48,135 nucleotides of DNA from the NCBI GenBank assembly GCA_016181305.1, contig JACOZN010000004.1:1-48135 (forward strand), read 5' to 3'. Numbering within the stretch: position 1 is the stretch's first letter; each line of letters opens with the position of its first letter. Positions 18,042 through 26,729 of the stretch are shown one piece after another. The notes below the pieces were generated by a model that ran no database searches, was not told the DNA's origin, and worked only from the letters and a program-made list of their open reading frames with translations. Both the position numbers and the translations under genes were made by a program. This DNA comes from Candidatus Woesearchaeota archaeon (GTDB lineage: Archaea; Nanobdellota; Nanobdellia; Woesearchaeales; GW2011-AR4).

Positions 18042-18553
18042 GTTGCATAAGACGGCTGCGCCATCTTCCTCCTGTAGCCAAGCGTAGAAGCTATGTAGCC
18101 AAATCCTGTGATTAGAGATTCTACTGCGTATGGAAGAATGAAAGCCAATGGCCCTGTCAATAAGCCTGTGCCAAGCGCCAATGCTGTAACAGCTCCAGCC
18201 AGCGGATAAGTAATTAAGTAACTTCCAAGATGCCTTACTCCAAGATTGAAGCCATCTTTGACAAAGCTTATTTTGCCCTTTAAGCCTTTGTACTTTTCCT
18301 TGTTGAAAGAATACAAAGAAGCTGCAAAACCAAGTTGGTCGCCAATAAAATTAGAAGCTATTCCCAAGCCAAACAAACCAAGATTGGAACTTACAAGATT
18401 TCTGCCAAAAGGAACGTAATTAGATATAATTTCAGGATAACTAAAACCGCCATAAACTCCGGCAGCTGTAGCTGCAAGTCCAACACCTTGCCCTATAGCT
18501 ACAGATTCATTATACCCTTTCAGCTTTTTTTCTAGCCCGCCTTCTTCTGCCAT
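18038..18553 (-). CDS. Hypothetical Gly/Ala-rich membrane protein A
   Basis: Start at MAEEGG (18553). Four hydrophobic segments; its stop overlaps the RHH start. Confidence 0.65.
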   Translation of the reverse strand: MAEEGGLEKKLKGYNESVAIGQGVGLAATAAGVYGGFSYPEIISNYVPFGRNLVSSNLGLFGLGIASNFIGDQLGFAASLYSFNKEKYKGLKGKISFVKDGFNLGVRHLGSYLITYPLAGAVTALALGTGLLTGPLAFILPYAVESLITGFGYIASTLGYRRKMAQPSYAT

Positions 18554-18574
18554 GCTGTACCCCAATATTGTAAG

Positions 18575-18601
18575 TACTACTAAGTAGTATAAAATACTAC
18601 T
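18575..18601. promoter_or_regulatory. Triple TACTACT/AGTAGTA inverted-repeat operator
   Basis: TACTACT-A-AGTAGTA and AGTAGTAT-AAA-ATACTACT overlap, just downstream of the minus-strand TATA box TTTATAAA (near 18606-18613). Confidence 0.65.
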
Positions 18602-18687
18602 ACTGTTTATAAATCTTTCTATTTGTTATTATTTTAAAGTGGTTACAGAATTTTATAGGACAAAACCTGTTTATACCAAAAAATATA

Positions 18688-18837
18688 TATACCAATTAGT
18701 ATAATCATTTAGAAACGTAAACCTTAAATATAACTTCTATACAGAAAGGTATATTGATTTAAAAAATATATACCAAAAAGAATAAAAACAAAAATCAAAA
18801 CATTTTTATATTATAAGTATATATGCCAATTGGTATA
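18688..18837. promoter_or_regulatory. Two 16-bp palindromes near consensus TATACCAATTGGTATA, plus half-sites
   Basis: TATACCAATTAGTATA at 18688-18703, TATGCCAATTGGTATA at 18822-18837, half-sites TATACCAA at 18672 and 18769. Confidence 0.7.
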
Positions 18838-18849
18838 AGAGGAATTTAG

Positions 18850-19995
18850 TTGGCTGGAAAAGAGGCTTTTGTACGGAGAGATTACTACCTGAATTTGCTA
18901 GATAAAAGTACGGATTCTTTCAAAAAGGGCTCTGCAAAAAATATTGCTTTGCTCGGCGCGAGGAAATCCGGCAAAACATCAATTCTAAAAGAGCACCTCA
19001 AAAACGCAAAGGATGTTGTTGCTGTCTACATTGACTTGGGAAAAATAAGCCTTAACCCCGAAAACTTCTCAGTCGAGTTCATTGGAAATGTAATCTTTCA
19101 TTGCCTTAAAAAGCCGCTGAGGGAATATAAAAAATTCTTATTGCTGGAAAATATTGTCAGATTTGAAGACGAATTAAAAAGCAAAAATGCGTTTTCTTTG
19201 GTAAAAAATGTTGAGAATGAATTATTAAAGATTAAGCCGAATCAAAAGCTGCTTGTTGAAAGCGCTTTCAGATTTGCCGAAGCATGGGGGAAGGAAGCAA
19301 ACAGGAAATTTTTGATTGCCTTGGACAATTTTGAAAATCTGCTGGACTTGAATAATTTCTCACAGATTAAAGATGTCATTTCAATCATTGACTTTGAAGC
19401 TCGGAATGTAAGCTATATCGCGGCAAGCTCTGCAGTCAGGCAGATATTGGCTTTGAAGAAATTTGAGTGCTATGAGATAAAAAATCTTGAAAAGAATGAG
19501 GCAGCGGAACTGGTAAAATCCATAACAGGCAAGGCAGAGCAAAAAACAGTTGATGAAATCTTTGCATTAAGCAACGGGCACCCACTCGTTACAATATCAA
19601 TTTCAAAAAAATACAACGAAACAAAAGATGCTAAAAAGGCATTTTTGATTGAATTATTGCAAAAAAACAACTCTGTTTATAATTATTGCAATGAGTCTCT
19701 AAATTATTATTATAACAGGGCACGTGGGCAAACCCTGCTTAAAACAATTCTAAAAACAATAGCAAATGAAGAGCTTCGCTTAAGTGAGATTGCAAAGAAA
19801 ATCTACAGGAGCGCTCCTGTCACAAAAAGCATCATTGAAAGGCTGATGGAAGTTGACGTGATTTACAAGAAAGACAACAAGTTCTATTTTGCTGATAATG
19901 TGTTGAGGCTTTGGCTTAAATTAACTTCGCAAGGCTATGAGTTTGATGAAATTCCTGACGATAAAATCCTTGATGAGGCTGCAAAGGAATTATGA
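18850..19995 (+). CDS. Archaeal-type AAA/STAND-like ATPase with C-terminal wHTH
   Basis: Walker A LLGARKSGKT, variant Walker B IALDNFE, SNGHP (GxP) motif and C-terminal HTH LRLSEIAKKI. Confidence 0.82.
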   Translation: MAGKEAFVRRDYYLNLLDKSTDSFKKGSAKNIALLGARKSGKTSILKEHLKNAKDVVAVYIDLGKISLNPENFSVEFIGNVIFHCLKKPLREYKKFLLLENIVRFEDELKSKNAFSLVKNVENELLKIKPNQKLLVESAFRFAEAWGKEANRKFLIALDNFENLLDLNNFSQIKDVISIIDFEARNVSYIAASSAVRQILALKKFECYEIKNLEKNEAAELVKSITGKAEQKTVDEIFALSNGHPLVTISISKKYNETKDAKKAFLIELLQKNNSVYNYCNESLNYYYNRARGQTLLKTILKTIANEELRLSEIAKKIYRSAPVTKSIIERLMEVDVIYKKDNKFYFADNVLRLWLKLTSQGYEFDEIPDDKILDEAAKEL

Positions 19996-21185
19996 AACTG
20001 AATAAAATGCTGTGGATTTTTGCATTGGTTTTGTTAGTTGTAATTCCGTCTGCTTTTGCGCTGCCTGCGTTTTTGAGAAATGTCTGGGTGATGCTGGGGG
20101 TAAATTCGCTTATAATATGGTTTATTCTCTTTGCGCTCCAAACCATGATTGTTCCAGAAAAATTAGAGAAAGAAAAGACAGTGCTGTTTATTATAACGCT
20201 TGTAGCGTCACTATTGATTTCATGGTTTTTGGTTGGCGGCGGAGGGTATATCTGGGAAGTTGGAAAGCTGGCTGGCTTCTTCAGCTTCAAGCTCATAGTC
20301 AACACGATAATAATCTCGCTTGTTGTTTATTTCGGGCTTGGGCTTGCCGGAGTAAAGCCCGGCACAAAGGAAGGGCAGATTGGGATTGCATTGCTGGCGA
20401 TAGGCATTGGGCTGTTGATAGCGTTTAATGTTGGCAATGAGTGGCTGTGGAAGCATCCTCGCGGGGAAGCACTTTATAATTATCTGCTTGGGCCTGAACA
20501 ACCAACAGGCAAAAAGGATAGCAAAGGAAATGATATTACAGAAGGAGGCATATTAGTGCCTCCAAGATTGATTGTATTCGGCATATCTGCCATGCTATTC
20601 GTATGGTTCTTTACAAGCTATCTAATGGAAAAAGCAGATCCAAGGCTGACTTGGGCAATTGCAATTATCCTTGCCGCAAATCTTGCAAGAAGGGGCAACA
20701 CGTATAATGCGGTAATTATGCTTGGAGAGATATTTGCAATATTGATCATAGCAAACCACATCGCTGTTGGAAAAGGCGCTGCTGGAAGCATCTTAGGATG
20801 GATAATAACAATAGTGCTTGTAGAAACTGTTTTTTGTGTTGTATTTGGCAACAGCGCTCTCTCACAATTGTTTAGTGGAATATTGAAAGCATTTAGTGAT
20901 ATGTGGTTTGTGGGTGGTATTTTTGGGAAAACGGCTGCCTACTTAAACAATATTTGCCCGCTTACAACTGCATTAGTAAGTGGTGATATAGATGATATTA
21001 AAGGTATAGTAAAGGTGATAGAAGCAGAGGCAGAGAAAGTAACAACTCCTACACCCACTATTAAAGGACCGTTTGGTATTACGATTGAACCACCTACTAA
21101 AAAGGAGGAACTTCCTGGGATTGGTAGTAGATCTCGTGGATGGTGGGATAGGACAAAAGAGCGTTGGAAGAAGGCAACAGAATGA
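19992..21185 (+). CDS. Multi-pass membrane protein with signal peptide and repeated two-helix TM units
   Basis: Signal-peptide-like N-terminus ending SAFA and about 9-10 hydrophobic segments. Confidence 0.7.
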   Translation: MKLNKMLWIFALVLLVVIPSAFALPAFLRNVWVMLGVNSLIIWFILFALQTMIVPEKLEKEKTVLFIITLVASLLISWFLVGGGGYIWEVGKLAGFFSFKLIVNTIIISLVVYFGLGLAGVKPGTKEGQIGIALLAIGIGLLIAFNVGNEWLWKHPRGEALYNYLLGPEQPTGKKDSKGNDITEGGILVPPRLIVFGISAMLFVWFFTSYLMEKADPRLTWAIAIILAANLARRGNTYNAVIMLGEIFAILIIANHIAVGKGAAGSILGWIITIVLVETVFCVVFGNSALSQLFSGILKAFSDMWFVGGIFGKTAAYLNNICPLTTALVSGDIDDIKGIVKVIEAEAEKVTTPTPTIKGPFGITIEPPTKKEELPGIGSRSRGWWDRTKERWKKATE

Positions 21186-23221
21186 TAAGAATACTAAGCA
21201 ATTTGTGGACTTGGATTAAGGGGCATAAAATCTGGGTTATAACTCTTATAATTCTAGGCTTTGTTTTTATTAGTGGATACACCCTAATAAAAATATTATT
21301 TTATTTCATAATACCCACCCTATTGGATTTTATATTCAATGTAGTCTTAGGCTATGCAGTAAACTTAGGGGATAACCTACCTGTTACTCCATGGCTTACT
21401 TTTATTGTTAACTCGCTCCTAGTCTTGGTAATGTTGTTTGGGCCATTGTGGCAGCGCCTAATAGTTTCATTTTTAGCATGGTGGTTTGGATATACTGGAA
21501 CCATATTTTTAATATTTTTATGGATAGTAAGATTTTTTATTAAAAGGGTACCTTTAGCAGGCAAACTTGTAGGTTATTTGGATTCTTTATTCAACACTTC
21601 GCGTCTGTTTGGATGGTGGTCAAAAAAACAAAAGCGCAAGACAACAATTTGGAAATCATTAAGGAAATACGGTTTGGGAATTATCTTCCGCGGGCTGAAA
21701 AAATCTCCTTTGCGTCCACTTGTGTGGCTAAGGCGGAATTGGACAATGAAAGACCCATACTTAGAGGGAGAGTTGCCATTCGCTTTTAAAGACTTAAGGG
21801 CAGAGCTAATGATACTTATGAACTACCAAACAAGGCTGCACACATTTTTTGGCAAGCGGGAAAAGGTCCAGCAGGCTATTTGGCAGGCTAATGCCATAGA
21901 ATCCTATTTTGACGCCGCCAATAAGACATACGACACTATGGCAAACTCCCTGGACAAGTATAGATTTGGCGGCTTAAGTATGACAGAAAAGAATTATGGC
22001 TGGTCAAACAATAGGGACCTAATAGCCTTTTTTTTCGAGCATCTTAAAAAAAATCTCGAATCTGACATAGATTTAAGAAGGCCTATAGCTGATAGTGAGA
22101 AAGCTAAAGAAATGCGTATTGGAGGGATAATATCAGACTTAAATGATAGATTAAATTTAATGTCTGGTGCATACGGGCAATTTGTTACAAACTGCAAAAG
22201 ATTTGGATTGATTCACAGGCTCAAAAGCATAAAAATGAGCATACTTGACTTGCTGGCTTTATATGGAGTATACAAGCATTACTACAGGTTTGCGAATGAA
22301 AATGCTTTATTTGAATACTGGCGATGTAAACCATCCAAAGGTGATGGTGTTACAAGAGATGCAATACCAACCGAGCGAATTGAGACTTGGGAAACAAAAC
22401 GTAATAATGTTGTCAATCGTGTCAAAAGGGAACTTCTTTTGGAGTTTATTGAAAAGTACAAAAGGGAACTAAAATATGACGAGGCAAAGACAACTTACAG
22501 CCCTGACAAAATTAAAGAACTTCAGAAAGAAATTTGGGAAAAAGCCCGGACTGAAGTTGGAAAAGAATATAAAAAGAGAATGCTTCCAATATATAAACTT
22601 GGCTTTGATCCTGATTCTCCTGGAAAGGCATTAAGGTACGAAGTTGACATAAGGGGTTTTCTGCTAGCAGATATACACAAGATTGAAATTGACTATAAAA
22701 ATTTGAAGTATATAAGGAGGGTAAAGATAGGAGATATAGATGATTTCCCAGGTGATACAAAAGACTTGGCTACATATTCTGCCATATACCCAAAAATTCT
22801 TTCAGAATGGGACTTCCATAACGAGGACTTAAGATTTGGCACTTATCACACAAACAGCAGGTCAGACATTGACTACACTAACGTAATGGAGAAACTAAAA
22901 ACTATAGATATGCTCAAGAATATAGGCAAAACACCTCCTGACAAGCAGAATAAGTACTTTGCATTTGATTTGGAGGCATTTAAAATATCTGGAAAATTTG
23001 TTTACTGGGGCAGGAGAAATTATTGGGATACATTTCCGGAACTAAAAAATCCTTACCCCATGCTGTCAACGGCAGGCTTATCAAGATTTATGACACAGCT
23101 TATAAAATTAAGAGTTGAGCAAAATGAGATTTATAATAAGTACCTTAGCTACTGGATATGGGATAGTGCAGGTCCAAAAGAAGATATGTTTACCACATTG
23201 CTGGCTGGAGAGAAAAAATGA
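21182..23221 (+). CDS. Large hypothetical protein: N-terminal TM helices plus a C-terminal domain shared with 24938-26713
   Basis: Long ORF with overlapping start and stop codons in an operon. Internal motifs are listed in the findings. Confidence 0.75.
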   Translation: MIRILSNLWTWIKGHKIWVITLIILGFVFISGYTLIKILFYFIIPTLLDFIFNVVLGYAVNLGDNLPVTPWLTFIVNSLLVLVMLFGPLWQRLIVSFLAWWFGYTGTIFLIFLWIVRFFIKRVPLAGKLVGYLDSLFNTSRLFGWWSKKQKRKTTIWKSLRKYGLGIIFRGLKKSPLRPLVWLRRNWTMKDPYLEGELPFAFKDLRAELMILMNYQTRLHTFFGKREKVQQAIWQANAIESYFDAANKTYDTMANSLDKYRFGGLSMTEKNYGWSNNRDLIAFFFEHLKKNLESDIDLRRPIADSEKAKEMRIGGIISDLNDRLNLMSGAYGQFVTNCKRFGLIHRLKSIKMSILDLLALYGVYKHYYRFANENALFEYWRCKPSKGDGVTRDAIPTERIETWETKRNNVVNRVKRELLLEFIEKYKRELKYDEAKTTYSPDKIKELQKEIWEKARTEVGKEYKKRMLPIYKLGFDPDSPGKALRYEVDIRGFLLADIHKIEIDYKNLKYIRRVKIGDIDDFPGDTKDLATYSAIYPKILSEWDFHNEDLRFGTYHTNSRSDIDYTNVMEKLKTIDMLKNIGKTPPDKQNKYFAFDLEAFKISGKFVYWGRRNYWDTFPELKNPYPMLSTAGLSRFMTQLIKLRVEQNEIYNKYLSYWIWDSAGPKEDMFTTLLAGEKK

Positions 23222-24960
23222 CTAACGGATATACCAACGAATCGGATAACAAATTAATCTTAAAAAATCTGGAGGAGGCGGAAGCCATATTCAAGGAGTT
23301 ATTTGAAAAAAGGCTTGATGAAGTGGCAAAGCTCGATGCGAAAAGGATTGAGATTTCAAAGGCTATAAGCAATGACAAAGAATTTTATGCAAAAGACCCA
23401 AATTTGCTCCTAATAGGTTTGATTGAGAACACTTACAGGGAATCCAAAGGCAATTTCCTGTTGTTTTTAAGGAGCTTACGAATGAAAAGGGCATGGATTG
23501 AAAGACTCCAAGGAGAATTGCCACAAGATGTATTGAAGCAGCTGCAAAGAACCGAAGCAGAATTCGGGAATCGAGATACTTTTAGGATACTTATACAACT
23601 ATATCTCCACATTATACAGAATGCAGATAAAGATTACATTGTTGGGTTTATGAGAACCGAACCGCATCCACTAGAACTGCGAAGTGCAATAAGCTACATA
23701 AAAAACAAGACTTTAGCCAACCGCATAAGGGAAGCAATTTCTGCCCTTACAAAGGAGGAATTGGATTATTTGGTAAAATACCATAGGGAAATTACCTTAT
23801 GGAGAAGCAAGGAAGTGGTGACAGAAGACATCCCGTTCTTTGTTTTAAGAACAAGAATATTCATCGAGGGAGGAGAAAGAGGCTACTTAGGGTTATTTTC
23901 AATTTTCAAAGATGAAAAACTAAGACAAAAATTAGTGTCAAGCCCTGCGTTTTTGCGGCTTATGAGGCATAAGGAGCAAGCGGCGTTTTTGATGAAATTA
24001 AGAAATGATGTAATGTCTTATAAAACTGACCCAAAATGGGAAAAATTCCTTAAGTTTTATGATGATGTGGAAAAGATTGCAGATGAATTGAGAAATAAAT
24101 TCGGAAATCCTGAAGTTGATTATGGATTATTGGGCGCTATATATTCACATTTGGGCAAAAAGGAAATTGCATCTGAATTGTTTGAAAACAAGAGCAAATT
24201 CAGGCAGTTTCCTCAAAAATGGCTTGAATATTTCAACAATTTGCTGTGGCTTGTGAACTCAAAAGAAAACAAAAGAAAGCATGTTATAGAGCCGTTCATA
24301 AATGAAATGGACAGAATTTTTGGTGATAGGATACATGAATTAATAGTCATGACGTTGCCTGAGATTAGCCAGTTGAAAGATGCATTAACTCCATTGATAA
24401 AGCTGGAAAAAAACTCGTTTGATAAAATCATGGAAGAGACTGCAGATTCCAGAAAAAATGCAAGAAAAAGATTGCAGAAATTAAGGGAAAAGTTTGATGA
24501 TGCAAGCGACAGATGCATAGATGCATTAACAGATTTTGCCGAAGCAAAATATAGAATTGTTAATGTGGAAATAATGCAAGAAATCCTGTTAAGACTAAAA
24601 AATGCAAAAACTTATGCTCAAAATGAGGGGCAGTTTGGAAGGCATAGCCTTCAAGTAATAGGTGATGATTTAGAAAAGGCAGTGAGCAACCCAATTAAGG
24701 GTTTGACATTATTATATAACTTTGATAAGGCATCAAGAGCAACAATAAATGTTAGCTACAACTTGCGCTCGATAGGCAATATTTTTACGCGGAAGGAGAT
24801 TTTAGCAAAACTAGAAGAGTTGAATAGGTATATGGAAACTACATCGCGAACATACCACAAACTTGAAGGTTTAATAAATACAAATTTGCAATTTTTATTT
24901 GAGCCAAAATCAGAAGAGCAGTCAAAGGGTGAGGAATATGGCAAATCCAGAGCAGCCTGA
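23218..24960 (+). CDS. Large soluble, predicted all-helical hypothetical protein
   Basis: 580-aa ORF rich in K/E/L, with no family recognised. Confidence 0.72.
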   Translation: MTNGYTNESDNKLILKNLEEAEAIFKELFEKRLDEVAKLDAKRIEISKAISNDKEFYAKDPNLLLIGLIENTYRESKGNFLLFLRSLRMKRAWIERLQGELPQDVLKQLQRTEAEFGNRDTFRILIQLYLHIIQNADKDYIVGFMRTEPHPLELRSAISYIKNKTLANRIREAISALTKEELDYLVKYHREITLWRSKEVVTEDIPFFVLRTRIFIEGGERGYLGLFSIFKDEKLRQKLVSSPAFLRLMRHKEQAAFLMKLRNDVMSYKTDPKWEKFLKFYDDVEKIADELRNKFGNPEVDYGLLGAIYSHLGKKEIASELFENKSKFRQFPQKWLEYFNNLLWLVNSKENKRKHVIEPFINEMDRIFGDRIHELIVMTLPEISQLKDALTPLIKLEKNSFDKIMEETADSRKNARKRLQKLREKFDDASDRCIDALTDFAEAKYRIVNVEIMQEILLRLKNAKTYAQNEGQFGRHSLQVIGDDLEKAVSNPIKGLTLLYNFDKASRATINVSYNLRSIGNIFTRKEILAKLEELNRYMETTSRTYHKLEGLINTNLQFLFEPKSEEQSKGEEYGKSRAA

Positions 24961-26713
24961 GGCTGTAGGCCCCGGCAAATGGGGCAGAAGAATTAAAAAT
25001 ATTTTGATAACCGGGTTAAGGAAAACACTAGGCAAGCCTGTGAAAAAAGCTACAGGCTACGAATTTCAGTATGAAATGTATGAAGGGCAGGGCATCCAAG
25101 AGATACAGCCTGTAAGAATATTAAGGGATAAAAATCTCTTAAACATAATGCACAGCCGTTCAAGTTCTGCTATTGAAGTGGAAAACAACTGGGATTTTTT
25201 TGACAATGACAAGCCAAAAGGCAAGAGGCAGGAAATTGAAGATTTGTACGCAAATTCCATGATTTATCTCGACCCCGATACAAGTGCATTTGAATTTGAA
25301 ATGTACCAGAATGGGATTAATAAACCGCATGATATAGAAGAGATTAGGATTAGGAATGGAACATACCGATACCCTGTTCCTCCAAAAGTTAAAATTAGGT
25401 ATCCAATACCTGCTATGAAAAGGGATTGGGTGGTGACTATCAGCCCTTTTGGTTACAATAAAAGAGATGCTTATAAAGATGAATATCAAAAGGTAATTGA
25501 GAAAATTTGTGATGATGCTCAAGAAGACGCTTTAAGAAATGCTTCAGATGAAGAAAAAGAAGTGATAAAAAGCTGGATTGGGGGTATAAAACAGGCTTAT
25601 ACTGAAGTTATTCCTGACTTATTGTTAAGCTATTGTGGTTCTGGAGACGAAGAAACTACTGAACCTACATTACTTGGCACCTATGCACAAATAGAAAAAA
25701 AGCAGTATTCATTTGTTAAAAAGGCTGTGGAATCCAGCCTAAAAATAAAAGGTTATTATGCTACTCTTTCCCAAAGGCGCCAATTTTTAGAAAAGCAAAA
25801 TGTTATATATTACAATACTTTTAGAATTATACAGCCTGTTCTATATGGAACCAAGGATGAAAGTGCTGTCGTAAAAGATAGTCTTGAAAGCCATGGGTGG
25901 ATAACAAGACCGAATGAACTCGGTCCAGGTCTTGATGAATATGGTTATACATTGGAAGTTGGCTATGATGGCATTGTGCTCCTTGATAAGTTTAATCACG
26001 TAGCTGACCCAAGACATGTTCCAACCCAATTTGTTAAGGACATAGACCTTCTGGAATTAGTAAATTACATTAGTGTAAGGCATGATACTTTCAGGGATGA
26101 CACAAGAGACGGGCGTTTCCACGGAAAAACTCTGACCATTATGGATTATGTACAAGCCAACAATAAATCATTATGGGGATTATGGAAAACGAGGGATGAA
26201 AATGAAATAACAGACCAGTCAGAATTTATTATTGATCTTACAGCATCATGGATGGATTTTAAACAAACAAGAATAAAAATAAAACCTACAGACAAAAATC
26301 CAGCATTTGATTTAAGGGCTTTAAAGGAGGTTATAGGCGGAGAAGAAAAAGAAAAAGTGCCTGTTTGGAAACATATTGGAAGAAAGCACTATTACCAAGT
26401 GCCTGACGAAAGTTTTGCACTTATGGACGAAAATCCTGAATCGCATATGTCATCAAGGGGTGCTTCAATGTACGTAATAGAAAAAATAATCCGAGAAATG
26501 AGAAAATTTGATGACGTAATAAAAGTTTTGGATGGTATTGGGGAGCAGGGGCCCGGCTTTGATTACGGGCCTAGACCTTGGAAACAGCAGTGGGGAAAGG
26601 CTATGATACAGCATGTTTTTGACTGGAGGAGGGTATTGGCAGAAGTAAATGCACCCCTACCAATAGAATATAATGAAGAAGACTATAAAAAAATGTATGA
26701 CATACGCAAATAA
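24938..26713 (+). CDS. Large hypothetical protein, paralogous C-terminal domain to 21182-23221
   Basis: ATG at 24938 preceded by an SD-like GGGTGAGGA; shared motifs with the 21182 protein. Confidence 0.75.
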   Translation: MANPEQPEAVGPGKWGRRIKNILITGLRKTLGKPVKKATGYEFQYEMYEGQGIQEIQPVRILRDKNLLNIMHSRSSSAIEVENNWDFFDNDKPKGKRQEIEDLYANSMIYLDPDTSAFEFEMYQNGINKPHDIEEIRIRNGTYRYPVPPKVKIRYPIPAMKRDWVVTISPFGYNKRDAYKDEYQKVIEKICDDAQEDALRNASDEEKEVIKSWIGGIKQAYTEVIPDLLLSYCGSGDEETTEPTLLGTYAQIEKKQYSFVKKAVESSLKIKGYYATLSQRRQFLEKQNVIYYNTFRIIQPVLYGTKDESAVVKDSLESHGWITRPNELGPGLDEYGYTLEVGYDGIVLLDKFNHVADPRHVPTQFVKDIDLLELVNYISVRHDTFRDDTRDGRFHGKTLTIMDYVQANNKSLWGLWKTRDENEITDQSEFIIDLTASWMDFKQTRIKIKPTDKNPAFDLRALKEVIGGEEKEKVPVWKHIGRKHYYQVPDESFALMDENPESHMSSRGASMYVIEKIIREMRKFDDVIKVLDGIGEQGPGFDYGPRPWKQQWGKAMIQHVFDWRRVLAEVNAPLPIEYNEEDYKKMYDIRK

Positions 26714-26729
26714 AATCAATTTTTTACAT

